Positions 18,238-28,106 of a stretch of 64,000 bases of DNA are shown one piece after another. The position numbers and the translations under genes were made by a program. The notes under the pieces were generated by a model. The model searched no databases and had not been told where the DNA came from. It worked only from the letters and a program-made list of their open reading frames with translations. The DNA is from Myxococcales bacterium (GTDB lineage Bacteria; Myxococcota_A; UBA9042; JABWCM01; BTVJ01): contig BTVJ01000027.1 in assembly GCA_045863395.1 (NCBI GenBank), positions 1 through 64,000 on the forward strand. Direction: 5' to 3'. Each line of letters starts with the position of its first letter. The stretch's first letter is position 1.

Positions 18238-18393
18238 ATGTTCAGTATGTCGCCGCCCTCATTGCCGATTTCCCGGCGGCGAAGTGTCTTGCAGTGGCGG
18301 GAACAGTACGCCATTTGACCCCCGCTCCCTCATGTGGCAGGGTCGCGTCATTGGATTCGTGCACGAAAGTTCTCCCAGCCCCGAAGGAAGCCC

Positions 18394-19488
18394 ATGAGCC
18401 AGACCGTCCGGCAGATGAAGCACGCCCACGCCACACCCGAGGCCGCGACCCCGCCCGCCCCCGCGCCGGCCGAGCAGGACCCGGAGGACGCGCCGAAGGT
18501 CGCCCCGCTCCGCGCCGTCGCCGACGGGGTCCCGCCCCCTGGCGAGTGGGGCCAGACTCGCCCGAGCGAGAAGCGCATGGGCCTCGTCCACCTGACCCTC
18601 GACGAGGGCGTCAAGACCACGATCGTCGGCCACGTCTACGGCCTCGACTTCCACATCGACGGTCCCGGCTACACGACCCGCGTGTTCTTCGACTACTACA
18701 GCCGCCGCCTCAAGGTCCTCGAGTTCGATGCCTCCGACTGGATCGCGTTGACGTCGCGCTGGGAGTACCTGGCCCGCGCCAACCACTTCGACAAGATCTT
18801 CCTGAAGGCGACCAAGGACGACTGGCAGACGTTCCTGTCCTTCGGCTTCGTGCTCGAGGGCATCCTCAAGTACTACTTCCGCGGCGAGGACGCCTACGTG
18901 CTCTCGCGCTTCCGCACGCTCGAGCGCATCACGAGCGAGCGCCTCATCGAGGAGTCCGAGCTCATCGCGAAGCTCATGCGCATGCCGCGCGAGGTCGAGC
19001 CCAACCCGCTCCCCGAGGGCTACCGCCTCGAGGTCGCCACGCCGGCGCACATACCGGCGCTCGTGCGCCTGTACCGCCACGTCTTCGAGACCTACCCGAA
19101 CCCGCTGACGCACCCCGACTACCTGCTCCAGACCATGGAGCGCAACGTGCTCTACCGGGTCATAGTGAACGCCGAGGGCGAGGTCGTCAGCGCGGCGAGC
19201 GCCGAGATGGAGCCCAAGGTCGGCGCCGCCGAGATGACCGACTGCGCGACCATGCCGTCGGAGCGCAGCCGCGGCCTCATGGTGCTGCTGCTCCGCGCCC
19301 TCGAGGCCGACCTGCGTGAGCGCGGCATCCGCACGCCCTATACGCTGGCCCGCGCCAAGAGCATCGGCATGAACCGCGTGTTCTACCGGCTCGGCTACGA
19401 GTACTCCGGCCGCCTCGTGAACAACTGCGATATCTACGGCGAGTACGAGGACATGAACATCTGGGTGAAGCGGCTCCCCGAGCTCTGA
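18394..19488 (+). CDS. ablB: Putative beta-lysine N-acetyltransferase (AblB/YodP-like tandem GNAT)
   Basis: VFETYPNP, SAASAEM, AEMTDCAT.P..R..GLM, YTLARA...GMN..F..LGY.YSGRLVNNCDI.G..EDMNIWVK. Confidence 0.85.
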   Translation: MSQTVRQMKHAHATPEAATPPAPAPAEQDPEDAPKVAPLRAVADGVPPPGEWGQTRPSEKRMGLVHLTLDEGVKTTIVGHVYGLDFHIDGPGYTTRVFFDYYSRRLKVLEFDASDWIALTSRWEYLARANHFDKIFLKATKDDWQTFLSFGFVLEGILKYYFRGEDAYVLSRFRTLERITSERLIEESELIAKLMRMPREVEPNPLPEGYRLEVATPAHIPALVRLYRHVFETYPNPLTHPDYLLQTMERNVLYRVIVNAEGEVVSAASAEMEPKVGAAEMTDCATMPSERSRGLMVLLLRALEADLRERGIRTPYTLARAKSIGMNRVFYRLGYEYSGRLVNNCDIYGEYEDMNIWVKRLPEL

Positions 19489-19495
19489 GGCACGC

Positions 19496-21016
19496 ATGGC
19501 CGAGCGGCTGACCCTGTTCCAAGGCGGCGTCATCTACACGGTCGACACGAGGCGCCCGCGCGCCACGTGGTTCACGGTGCTCGGCGACCGCTTCCAGCTC
19601 ATGGGCGACGGGCTGCCGCCGCCCGCCCCCCGCGCCGTCGACCTTGGCGGCCGCTGCGTGGTGCCGGGCTTCGTCGACGCCCACACGCACTTCTTCCAGA
19701 CCGGCATCGACCGCCTGCACACGGACGTCTCCGGCGCGCGCAGCCTGGACGACCTGGGCGACCTGCTGCGCGCCCGGGCGCCGGGTGGCCGCCGCTCCTG
19801 GATCATCGCCCACAGCTTCGAGGAGGACCGTGTCCCAGGCCTCGGCGCCCTGACGCGGGAGCACCTCGACCACCTGTTCCCGCAGCGCCCGGTGTGGGTC
19901 AACCGCATCGACTACCACTCGGCGGTGGTCAACTCGGCGGCGCTGCGGCACCTCGAGGTGCCCGACGGCGCCGACGGCCTCGTCCGGGCCGGTGACGGCC
20001 AGCCGAACGGCATTCTGCGCGCTCACGCCTACTTCCACGCCAAGGCGCGCATCGCCCGGCTGACGAGCATCGAGACGCGCGAGCGCGCGGTCCGCGAAGC
20101 GGCGGCGGCCTGCGTGCCCCACGGCATCACGGCGGTCCACGCGCTGGAGGGCGGCCGCATCTTCGGCGACGAGGGCGTGGCAGTGCTGCTGCGCAAGATG
20201 GACACGGCGCCCCTGGACATCACGCTGTTCCTGCAGGAGAAGGAGGTCTGGTTCACGAAGCACTTCGGTTTCGAGCACCTGGGCGGCTGCATCCTCGTCG
20301 ACGGGTCCATCGGGTCGTACACGGCGGCCCTCGACCAGGACTATGAGGGCCTGCCCGGCGTCCGCGGCAAGCTCTACGAGCGGCCACGCGAGCTGTTCGC
20401 CTTCGTGGACGAGGCGCACCGGGCGGGTTGCCAGCTCGCCTTCCACGCGATCGGGCCGCGCGCCATCGAGCTCGTGCTGCGCGCCTACGAGCGGGCCCTC
20501 GCCCGCACGCCGCGTTGGGACCACCGTCACCGCATCGAGCACTTCGAGCTCGCGACCGACGACCAGATACGCCGCGCGGTGGACCTGGGGGTCGTCGCGA
20601 GCATGCAGCCGGCCTTCGAGCACTTCTGGGGCGGCCCCCACGGCATGTACGCGGCGCGCATTGGCGAGCGGTGGCGCCTGACGAACCGCCTGCGCACCTG
20701 CCTCGACGGGGGCCTCGTCGTCGCCGGCGGATCGGACACGAACGTGACGCCGCCGGACCCGCTCCTCGGCATCCACGCGGCGGTCAACCACCCGAACGAG
20801 GAGCAGCGCGTCACGGTGGAGGAGGCGTTGCGCATGTTCACGTGGGCGGCCGCCTTCGCGGGCCGCAACGACGCGCGCCACGGGACCATCGCCCCCGGCA
20901 AGGAGGCGAGCTTCACGGTCCTCGACCGGGACTTGCTCGCGACCCCCGCACAGGAGCTTCGCGACGTCCGCGTCCTCGAGACCTGGACGGCGGGCCGGAG
21001 GGTCTGGGCCGTCTGA
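19496..21016 (+). CDS. Amidohydrolase 3 family (YtcJ-like) metal-dependent hydrolase
   Basis: PGFVDAHTH, FHAIG, RIEH, MQP, GSD, GTIAPGKEA. Confidence 0.9.
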   Translation: MAERLTLFQGGVIYTVDTRRPRATWFTVLGDRFQLMGDGLPPPAPRAVDLGGRCVVPGFVDAHTHFFQTGIDRLHTDVSGARSLDDLGDLLRARAPGGRRSWIIAHSFEEDRVPGLGALTREHLDHLFPQRPVWVNRIDYHSAVVNSAALRHLEVPDGADGLVRAGDGQPNGILRAHAYFHAKARIARLTSIETRERAVREAAAACVPHGITAVHALEGGRIFGDEGVAVLLRKMDTAPLDITLFLQEKEVWFTKHFGFEHLGGCILVDGSIGSYTAALDQDYEGLPGVRGKLYERPRELFAFVDEAHRAGCQLAFHAIGPRAIELVLRAYERALARTPRWDHRHRIEHFELATDDQIRRAVDLGVVASMQPAFEHFWGGPHGMYAARIGERWRLTNRLRTCLDGGLVVAGGSDTNVTPPDPLLGIHAAVNHPNEEQRVTVEEALRMFTWAAAFAGRNDARHGTIAPGKEASFTVLDRDLLATPAQELRDVRVLETWTAGRRVWAV

Positions 21017-21134
21017 TCCGGGCGCGGATCCGGGGGCCGCAGGTGGGGCCCGCCTGCCCCCAGCCGTATGCCCCGGGCTTGACGCCGCCCTCTCGTGGGC
21101 TGATCTTTCCTGCCAAACACAACCACGATGGCAC

Positions 21135-21281
21135 GCGCTCCGCCTCCTCGACGACGGTCGCGTCGCCTTCACCCTGAGGCGCACCTGGCGGGGAGCTGTC
21201 CGCCAGTTTGTCTTCTCACCCGTGGCCTTCATCGCCCGGTTGGCCGCGCTCATCCCGCCTCCGTACCTCCACCTGACCAGG
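21135..21281 (+). pseudogene. IS91-type (Y2) transposase internal fragment
   Basis: Hand translation, absent from the ORF track: ALRLLDDGRVAFTLRRTWRGAVRQFVFSPVAFIARLAALIPPPYLHLTR. Confidence 0.7.
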
Positions 21282-21397
21282 TCTCGTCGACAGGGGCCCC
21301 CAATCGGTCAGCGTGGACGCGAACGCACACACGTCCATGGCACGACGACTCGTCGCGCCCCTACGAACCTTCAATCGCCCTGGCGAGGAGATACTCC

Positions 21398-21654
21398 ATG
21401 AACAAGAAGATGCTCGGTGCAGTGCTCGGGATGCTCGCCCTCGCCCCGGTGAGCGCGGCGTCCGCCGCGGAGCCCACAAAGGATGAGATGTCCGGGAAGG
21501 ACATGCCCGCCGTGAAGAAGCCGAAGGGGTCGAAGACCACCAGCCCCGGCGGCGAGAAGGCGTGCGCCGGAATGGACAGCGGTGGCAAGAAGGCAGCGGC
21601 AAAAAGAAGTGCGGCGCCGACGGAAAGAGTTGTGGCGGCGACAAGACCAAGTAG
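21398..21654 (+). pseudogene. Frameshifted secreted Lys/Cys-rich peptide, DUF692 (MNIO)-type RiPP precursor-like
   Basis: RBS GAGGAG; Sec signal; GEKACAG. Restoring one base near 21590 gives GKKGSGKKKCGADGKSCGGDKTK* (TAG at 21652). Confidence 0.6.
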
Positions 21655-21836
21655 GACGTGTTCTTCTGCGGTCACCCTGGGGGCGACCCAGCTGCACGAC
21701 GCGCGTCCAATCTTCCCCTCCGGGCGTGCTTGGCCTCAACGGCGTGTCCATACCTGGCGCCACTACGTTCCGGGGAGGAGTCGCCGCGCTGCTCTGAGAG
21801 GGGACGCGTGCTCGGGGAGGCTCGCCACGGAGGACC

Positions 21837-22238
21837 ATGGCTCACCCACCTGACCACCCCATCGAGGGCTTTGGGCTCGGCCTCCGGGGGCGCCTCGCGG
21901 CTACCCCGCTCGGGTCGGACGACTTGACGGCCCGCCGGGGCGACCGGCTCGAGATCACCCCTGAGAACTGGATGTTGTTCGGCGCGGCGAGCGCTCGGAG
22001 ACGCCGCCCTCCCGGGAGGTCCGCTGTGAAGCTGGCGGCCGTCTTCGAGGCACTGGGCCTCTTCCTGGAGGGGCGGATCGACCACGCCGAGGCGTGCCGC
22101 GCGCTCTTCGACGGACCTGGGCGCCCGGACGGGCGCGGCGCGCTCGATGCCGAGCTGCTCGGTGCCGGCGGGTGGAGCGAGACGCTGGAGGACCTGCGCT
22201 CTGCCGGAGTCCTGCTCGGGGGGCCCGGGTCGCCGTAG
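21837..22238 (+). pseudogene. Internally deleted DUF692 N-terminus fused to a possible partner-protein (DUF2063-like) C-terminus
   Basis: RBS GGAGG; GFGLGLR and LEITPENWM are DUF692 N-terminal motifs; only 133 aa long; the ending LEDLRSAGVLLG looks like a winged-helix end. Confidence 0.6.
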
Positions 22239-22283
22239 CTGTGGGGGCGCCGGATGCCTCACCCCGGGCGTGGCGGCCGTGCC

Positions 22284-22754
22284 CTAGCGCCGCGTCCTCT
22301 CCAGGTCCAGGTCCAGTGAGACGCGCTGTGCCAGGGTGAAGCCCTGGCGCTGGAAGAAGCCGATGAGGCCCGTGTTGTCCCAGGGGACCTCGGTCTGGAG
22401 GCGGCGTATGCCAAGCGCCAGCAGGTTCGTGCGGAGCTGGTCGATGAGGGCCGAGGCGACGTGGCGGTCCTGGAAGTCCGGGTTGACGCCCACCACGTCC
22501 ATGACCGCCGAGGGCTCCACCGTGCCGAACTCGCCGTAGTAGACGCGGGCGAGGAGGAAGCCGACGACGCGGCCGTCCACCTCCGCGGCCAGCGAGATGG
22601 CGATGCCGGTGTCGCGGAACGCCTGGGCCAGCTTCAGCGCCAGGAACTTGTCCCGGCGGCGGCCAGCCGTGGCGGCGTCGATGTGGATGATCGTCTCCAG
22701 GTCGCCGGGCGCCACGTTTCTGACCAGGACCTCGTCTCGCGGTGTCTGCTCCAT
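22284..22754 (-). CDS. GNAT family N-acetyltransferase, last gene of the bcr operon
   Basis: GNAT motifs; starts 10 bp after the SDR stop; RBS AAGGAG. Confidence 0.85.
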   Translation of the reverse strand: MEQTPRDEVLVRNVAPGDLETIIHIDAATAGRRRDKFLALKLAQAFRDTGIAISLAAEVDGRVVGFLLARVYYGEFGTVEPSAVMDVVGVNPDFQDRHVASALIDQLRTNLLALGIRRLQTEVPWDNTGLIGFFQRQGFTLAQRVSLDLDLERTRR

Positions 22755-22764
22755 GGGAGTCTCC

Positions 22765-23484
22765 TTATCCGATGAGCTGGCCGCCGTCGACACGGAGCAC
22801 CTGGCCCGTCACGTGGCGGCTGAGATCGCTGCAGAGGAAGAGCACGACGCGCGCCACGTCGTCCGGCTCGCCCAGGCGGCCGAGGGGAATCTCGGCCAGC
22901 GCCTTCTGGCGCATGTCCTCGGGCACCTTGGCGGTCATGGGGGTCTCCACCCAGCCAGGCGCCACGACGTTGACGCGCACGCCCGCGAAGCCCAGCTCTC
23001 GGGCCGCGGTGCGGCCGAGCGCGTTCAAGCCCCCCTTGCTGGCTGCGTAGGCCGCCTGGCCCACCTTGCCACGCTCGCCGTTGATCGACGAGATGAGCAC
23101 GACTGAGCCGCCCCGAACCCGCAGGTGGGGCGTGGCGGCGTGGAGCAGGTGGAAGGCCGAGTCCAGGTTGGTGCAGAGCACCGTCGTCCAGTCGTCGGGG
23201 TCGAGCTTCCAGAGACGCGCGTCCCGGGTGACCCCGGCCGAGTGGACGAGCAGGTCGAGGCGGCCGGCCCGCTCCGCGACTGCCCCCACCGCGGTGGCGA
23301 CTGCGCCCCCGTCCCGCAGGTCGCAGCCGATGGTCTCGGTGCCGTCGGGGCCCGCATGGCCCGGGAGGTCGAGCACGAAGACCCGGGCGCCGGCCTCCTG
23401 GAGCCGCGCTGCGATGGCCGCGCCGATGGCGCCGGCCCCACCGGCCACGATGGCGGCGCGCCCGTCGAGCGACAGCAGGCTCAT
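22765..23484 (-). CDS. SDR family oxidoreductase (FabG/acetoacetyl-CoA reductase-like)
   Basis: GGAGAIG, YAASK, NVVAPG, VTGQVLRVDGG; start overlaps the bcrD stop. Confidence 0.9.
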   Translation of the reverse strand: MSLLSLDGRAAIVAGGAGAIGAAIAARLQEAGARVFVLDLPGHAGPDGTETIGCDLRDGGAVATAVGAVAERAGRLDLLVHSAGVTRDARLWKLDPDDWTTVLCTNLDSAFHLLHAATPHLRVRGGSVVLISSINGERGKVGQAAYAASKGGLNALGRTAARELGFAGVRVNVVAPGWVETPMTAKVPEDMRQKALAEIPLGRLGEPDDVARVVLFLCSDLSRHVTGQVLRVDGGQLIG

Positions 23485-24347
23485 GCGGCCCTCCCCAGCT
23501 TGCGCTGCAACCGGCGCACCCGGAAGGCGCCCCAGAGCGCCGCTCCCAGGGCACCGGCCAAAATGGACCGCTCGTCGGCGCGGATGTCCACGTGCAGCTT
23601 CTGCTCCACGGCGGACTCGCGCATGGCGGCGACCAGGCCCTTGTCGTTGGAGAGCCCGCCGGTGACGAGCACCACCTCGGGTGACCCGATGGACACCACC
23701 AGCTTGACGGCGCGGCCGGCCATGGAGGCGTGGATCCCCTTCAGGATGTTGGGCAGGGAGATGCCGCGGGAGACCATGTTGATCACGTCGGTCTCGGCGA
23801 GCACGGCGCAGATGGAGGAGCAGGTCTCCGGCGCGTCGGCCTGCTGTGAAAGGGTGCCCACCTCCTCGAGGGACACGCCGAGGTAGCGCGCGATGTTCTC
23901 CAGGAACTGGCCCGAGCCCGATGCGCACTGGCTGGTCATGCGGTAGCCGAGCACCTTGGCCCGGTCGTCCATGGAGACGGCGCGCGTGTGGAGCGCCCCC
24001 ATGTCGATGACGGCCCGCGCCTCCGGGTCGATGAACAGGCCGCCGCGGGCGTGGGTGGTCATGCCGTAGAAGTGGCCTGTCCTGAAGGGCAGGTTCTCAC
24101 CCTCTCCAGTGGTCGCCACGTAGGCCAGGTCGTCCTTTCCCAGCCCCACCTCACGCAGGACGTCCTCGAAGAGACCCACCGCCACGGCCTCCGTGTCGCG
24201 GCGCCTCATGCGCTCGGCGCGCCCGCCCACCAAGCGCTCTCCGGCGGGGCCGGTCTCCATCACCACTACCTTGACGGCGGCGGAGCCCACGTCCACCCCG
24301 GCGGTCAGGAGGGTCTCCACAGGCGCCTCGAAATGCAGCGCGACCAT
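23481..24347 (-). CDS. bcrD: Benzoyl-CoA reductase subunit D (ASKHA ATPase)
   Basis: GVDVGS, TTHARG, MTSQCASGSGQFLENIARYL, SSICAVLAETDVINMVSRG. Confidence 0.93.
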   Translation of the reverse strand: MVALHFEAPVETLLTAGVDVGSAAVKVVVMETGPAGERLVGGRAERMRRRDTEAVAVGLFEDVLREVGLGKDDLAYVATTGEGENLPFRTGHFYGMTTHARGGLFIDPEARAVIDMGALHTRAVSMDDRAKVLGYRMTSQCASGSGQFLENIARYLGVSLEEVGTLSQQADAPETCSSICAVLAETDVINMVSRGISLPNILKGIHASMAGRAVKLVVSIGSPEVVLVTGGLSNDKGLVAAMRESAVEQKLHVDIRADERSILAGALGAALWGAFRVRRLQRKLGRAA

Positions 24348-25645
24348 CACAGCCCTCCTCGTGTCGCGTCGCGGAGCGCGAACAGCGCCGCCCCGAGCGC
24401 ACCGGTGTAGATGGAGTCGTCGGAGATGTTGACCGTGACGTCTCCGTAGTTCTCGACCAGGAGCTTGCGCAGCGCCCCGACCGCGGCTGGGTTCTTGGCG
24501 ACTCCCCCGGTGAAGGTGAACTCGTCGGAGACTCCGCCGGACCGCGCGATCAGCGACATGGCCCGCAGAATGATTGCGCGGTGGAGGCCGGCGAGGATGT
24601 CCTCGCGCCGCTCGCCGAGAGACAGGCGCTCGCGCAGCTCCGCCCCGGCGAAGACCGTGCACGTGGAGTTGATTCGCACCGGCGCCGTCGACTCGCAGGC
24701 GAGGGGCCCCAGCTCGTGGAGGCCCAGGTTCATCTCGTCGGCGATGTAGCCGAGGTAGCGGCCGCAGCCCGCAGCGCACCGGTCATTCATCTGGAAGGAC
24801 GTCACGATCCCCGAATCGTCCACCTGGATGGCCTTCGTGTCCTGGCCGCCGATGTCCAGCACCGTGCGGGTGTGCGGAAACATGGCATGGGCGCCGAGCC
24901 CGTGGCAGAGGATCTCCGACTTGATCTGGGCCTCGGGGAAGGGCAGCCGCGCGCGCCCGTAGCCGGTGCCGACGGACGCGATCTGGTCGAGCTCCAGCGC
25001 CGCGATGCGCCCCACGGCCTCGGCGAGGTCGCCGTGGTCGTCCCCCGACGCCACCATCGAGGCCCGGATGTGGTCCTCGAACCGGCCGCCCGCCTCGGCG
25101 GACGCCTCCACGTCGATGATCGCCTTGTCGAAGAGCCCGACGATCTGGTCGAAGGGGATCGAGGACGTCCGGGCCACCTCCTCGGCGAGCTGCATGTAGC
25201 GTGCCCCGGCCAGGTCCCGGAAGAAGTCGCTCTTGCGGCGGGCGCCGGCGGCGTAGAGGGAGGGGATCTCCTCGTCCATGCGCGCGATGATCCCGCTGAC
25301 CGCCTCCCGCAGCCCCGCGGCGCCCGTCAGGCGGCGGCGGGCGCTCCGGTCGAGCTCCGTCGCCAGCACGCGGAGCTGTGAGCGATACTGCTCCGCCCGG
25401 AACCCTCGCTCCAGGCGCCCGAGGCGCTGCTCCAGCTCGTCCGCGCTGAACCCGGCGGCCTCCAGCTCGCGGCGGATGAGCGAGAAGCGCGTGTTGATCA
25501 GCGCCTCGCCGAGCGCCACCGCGCAGGCGACCTCGTAGTTGCTGCGGCTGTTGGTGATCCCCCGCCCGAGCACCGCCTGATCCGTGCCGAGCACCACGGC
25601 CTTCGTGGTCGTCGAGCCCAAGTCGATGCCGACCGTGTACTTCAC
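24347..25645 (-). CDS. bcrA: Benzoyl-CoA reductase subunit A (ASKHA ATPase)
   Basis: [53 protein letters not shown]. Confidence 0.95.
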   Translation of the reverse strand: MKYTVGIDLGSTTTKAVVLGTDQAVLGRGITNSRSNYEVACAVALGEALINTRFSLIRRELEAAGFSADELEQRLGRLERGFRAEQYRSQLRVLATELDRSARRRLTGAAGLREAVSGIIARMDEEIPSLYAAGARRKSDFFRDLAGARYMQLAEEVARTSSIPFDQIVGLFDKAIIDVEASAEAGGRFEDHIRASMVASGDDHGDLAEAVGRIAALELDQIASVGTGYGRARLPFPEAQIKSEILCHGLGAHAMFPHTRTVLDIGGQDTKAIQVDDSGIVTSFQMNDRCAAGCGRYLGYIADEMNLGLHELGPLACESTAPVRINSTCTVFAGAELRERLSLGERREDILAGLHRAIILRAMSLIARSGGVSDEFTFTGGVAKNPAAVGALRKLLVENYGDVTVNISDDSIYTGALGAALFALRDATRGGL

Positions 25646-26934
25646 GCCGCACCTCCCATGCGCTTCTGGTCCAGCATCTGGAAGTAGGACTCCAGGCGGT
25701 TCTTGATGTTGGCCGCCGAGAAGTACCGTGGGTCCACCAGATCGCTCTCGATGAAGCCGCCAGGCCGGCCCGACCGCTTCTCCACCTCCCGCAGGATGTG
25801 GAGCTGGCCTGCGCTGAAGGAGTTGCAGCTCTTCACCGAGTTGATCAGGAAGCCGTCCGCCTCGTACTCCCGGACGTAGCGGGCCAGGAGGTCGATTCGC
25901 GTGGGCAGCCCGAGGTTGGTGTAGCAGCCCAGGCAGTAGTCGGCCATGGTCTCCAGGGGGTGGTCCGGGTCGTGGCGGAAGCCGAGGTCATACGTGCCGC
26001 CGACCTTGGTGTAGGTGGACGCGACGGCGACCGCCCCCTCGTCGGCGAACATCTTCCAGAAGCGCCGGAAGCTGGTCCAGTTGGGAGGACCCTCCACCAC
26101 GACACGGTAGCGCTCGGTCTCCATCTCGCCGTCGGGGGTGACCGGACCCCGCCCGAGCGCCATGCGCTCGGCGATCTCTTCGCGCAGCTCCCGGTAGTAG
26201 GCGACCGCGTCCTCCGTGCCCCGGAAGGAGCTGAAGATGGGCCCCACGTAGTAGACTGCCCCGAAGTAGGCGTCGATGGGGGACGGCCGGTGCTTGGCCG
26301 ACTGAAGCACCCAGACCAGGTCGTCCTCTGCCTGGGCGCTGCGGCGCAGGTGCTCTTTGAGGCGGTCCTCGTCGTACTTGCGCCCGGACACTCTCTCCAG
26401 GATGGGGATGACCACCTCTCGGAGCTGCTTGACCACGTAGTCCCGCATCTCGGGGGTGATTCGCCCGTCCGGCTGATACGGCACGTGCAGCATGGCGACT
26501 GGGGCCTTGTACTCCTCGCGCAGCAGCTCGAACCACTTCAGGAACGTGAAGCAGCCGGTGTATGACAGGAGCAGCACGTCGGGGGTGGGCAGCCGCTGGC
26601 CCGTCGGACCGATGTTGCCCGACTTGATCATGCCGATGTCGCTCTTGACGTAGGTGCAGACGTCCTCCGAGTGGCCCAGCTTCTCGGCGATGGAGATATA
26701 GCCCGCCGTCTTGCCGCGCATGGCCGACTGGAGGGAGTTGATCTCCGGCAGCACGGGCAGCAGGTCGAAGCTCAGGAGCAGCTCGGTCAGATTGCCTGGC
26801 ACGAAAGTGTACGCGCTCTTCGCGCCGGTCTGCGGCGCGTCCGCCAGCTTGTCGAAGTGCCGGGCGATCATCTCCTTCTGGCGGACCTGGCTCGAGTCCT
26901 TGAGGGCGACGGGGGCGGCTTTGACGGCGCTCAT
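25642..26934 (-). CDS. bcrB: Benzoyl-CoA reductase subunit B
   Basis: [61 protein letters not shown]. Confidence 0.95.
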   Translation of the reverse strand: MSAVKAAPVALKDSSQVRQKEMIARHFDKLADAPQTGAKSAYTFVPGNLTELLLSFDLLPVLPEINSLQSAMRGKTAGYISIAEKLGHSEDVCTYVKSDIGMIKSGNIGPTGQRLPTPDVLLLSYTGCFTFLKWFELLREEYKAPVAMLHVPYQPDGRITPEMRDYVVKQLREVVIPILERVSGRKYDEDRLKEHLRRSAQAEDDLVWVLQSAKHRPSPIDAYFGAVYYVGPIFSSFRGTEDAVAYYRELREEIAERMALGRGPVTPDGEMETERYRVVVEGPPNWTSFRRFWKMFADEGAVAVASTYTKVGGTYDLGFRHDPDHPLETMADYCLGCYTNLGLPTRIDLLARYVREYEADGFLINSVKSCNSFSAGQLHILREVEKRSGRPGGFIESDLVDPRYFSAANIKNRLESYFQMLDQKRMGGAA

Positions 26935-28106
26935 TCGGGGCTCCACAGCTTGAGAGAGTCGGCGAAGGTCCCCGCCTGCTCGCGGATCACCTGGAACTGA
27001 CCCGTGTTCTCGGAGTACTTGAAGGCGGTCCAGGGGATGCCGTGGCGCTCCAGGGCGGCCACCTGCATCGGCTGGTCGAGGAGCGCCGGGTCGCAGAAGC
27101 TCGGGGCGCAGAAGATCACGCCCTCTGCTCCCCCTCGTCGCACGCGCTCGACCAGCTCGGCCCCTTTCTCTCCCTGGTCCACGTAGCGCGTCGGGCTCTC
27201 GATGGCGTCGCTCAGAAAGGCCGTGACCAGCGCCCCGAGCGGGTCTCCGTCTGTCTGGATGTCCGACCGGATGAAGCGCCCGATCTGGACGAAGTCGTCG
27301 TCCACGATGTAGCAGCCGGCGCGCTCCAATGTGCGGATGAGGCCGATGGGGGGCTGCTCGCAGAAGGATCCGCTCAACAAGACCCGCGCCTGGTCCATGG
27401 GGTGCCGGGCGCACTCGACCGCCGCGTCCCGGTAGTCGCGCAGCAGCGTGATCGCGTCCTCGACGGGGAGCTGCACCGATGCCCGCAGGATCAGGTACAG
27501 CTCGGAGGTCGGGACCCGCCAGGGTTCGGCTTGCCGCAGGTCGTAGAGGGCACGAATCAAACCCCGCCAGGTGTTGTAGACCCCGATGGAGGCGCGCAGC
27601 GCCTCGGGATCATACGGCCGCGCCCCGGCCGCGTGCAGCTCCGCAGAGAGAGACTCCAGCTCACCACGATAGAAGCGCCCGCCGATCTCCGGGTGGAAGT
27701 TCTGCGGCACGTCCAGGTATCGCACGAGCTTGCCCGGAAACAGCATCTGCCACATGCCCGACAGGTTGCGGATCACGTCGCAGATCGCCGGAAACAGGAC
27801 CCCGTCGAGGCAGTCCAGGCTGCCGTTGAGCCCGAGCTCCACGGTGCTGCGCGGGATGTGGCAGATGTAGGACTGGTAGTAGGCGTCGCCCTTGATGATC
27901 TCCAGGTCGTCGCGGGCGCCCATCAGCCCGACCGGCATCGCCCCCTGCGCGTGGATCAGCTCGCACGGCACGTAGATGGGCATGTAGCCGATGGCCAGGC
28001 CGCCGGTCCGAGCCTTCCACTGGCGCACCGCGCCGAGGCGGTAGTCCCGATAAACCTCGTCGGCCCGGGAGACCAGCTCCGCGACCCGCTGCTCGGGGGT
28101 GCTCAT
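26931..28106 (-). CDS. bcrC: Benzoyl-CoA reductase subunit C
   Basis: GDAYYQSYIC.IPRS, ICDVIRNLSGMW, FCEQPP, SFCDPALL, EQAGTFADS.KLWS. Confidence 0.95.
   Translation of the reverse strand: MSTPEQRVAELVSRADEVYRDYRLGAVRQWKARTGGLAIGYMPIYVPCELIHAQGAMPVGLMGARDDLEIIKGDAYYQSYICHIPRSTVELGLNGSLDCLDGVLFPAICDVIRNLSGMWQMLFPGKLVRYLDVPQNFHPEIGGRFYRGELESLSAELHAAGARPYDPEALRASIGVYNTWRGLIRALYDLRQAEPWRVPTSELYLILRASVQLPVEDAITLLRDYRDAAVECARHPMDQARVLLSGSFCEQPPIGLIRTLERAGCYIVDDDFVQIGRFIRSDIQTDGDPLGALVTAFLSDAIESPTRYVDQGEKGAELVERVRRGGAEGVIFCAPSFCDPALLDQPMQVAALERHGIPWTAFKYSENTGQFQVIREQAGTFADSLKLWSPE

Larger units (their letters stand above)
16577..18309 (+). mobile_element. IS3-family insertion sequence (inactivated); ends approximate
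   Basis: orfA/orfB pair; imperfect IRs CTGCACCCGCCCAAGAGGTTGACAC ... GTGTCTTGCAGTGGCGGGAACAG. Confidence 0.7.

Noticed and set aside
21036..21058. GC hairpin after the amidohydrolase as an intrinsic terminator
   Set aside because: No U-tract follows, and GC-rich hairpins arise by chance at this composition.
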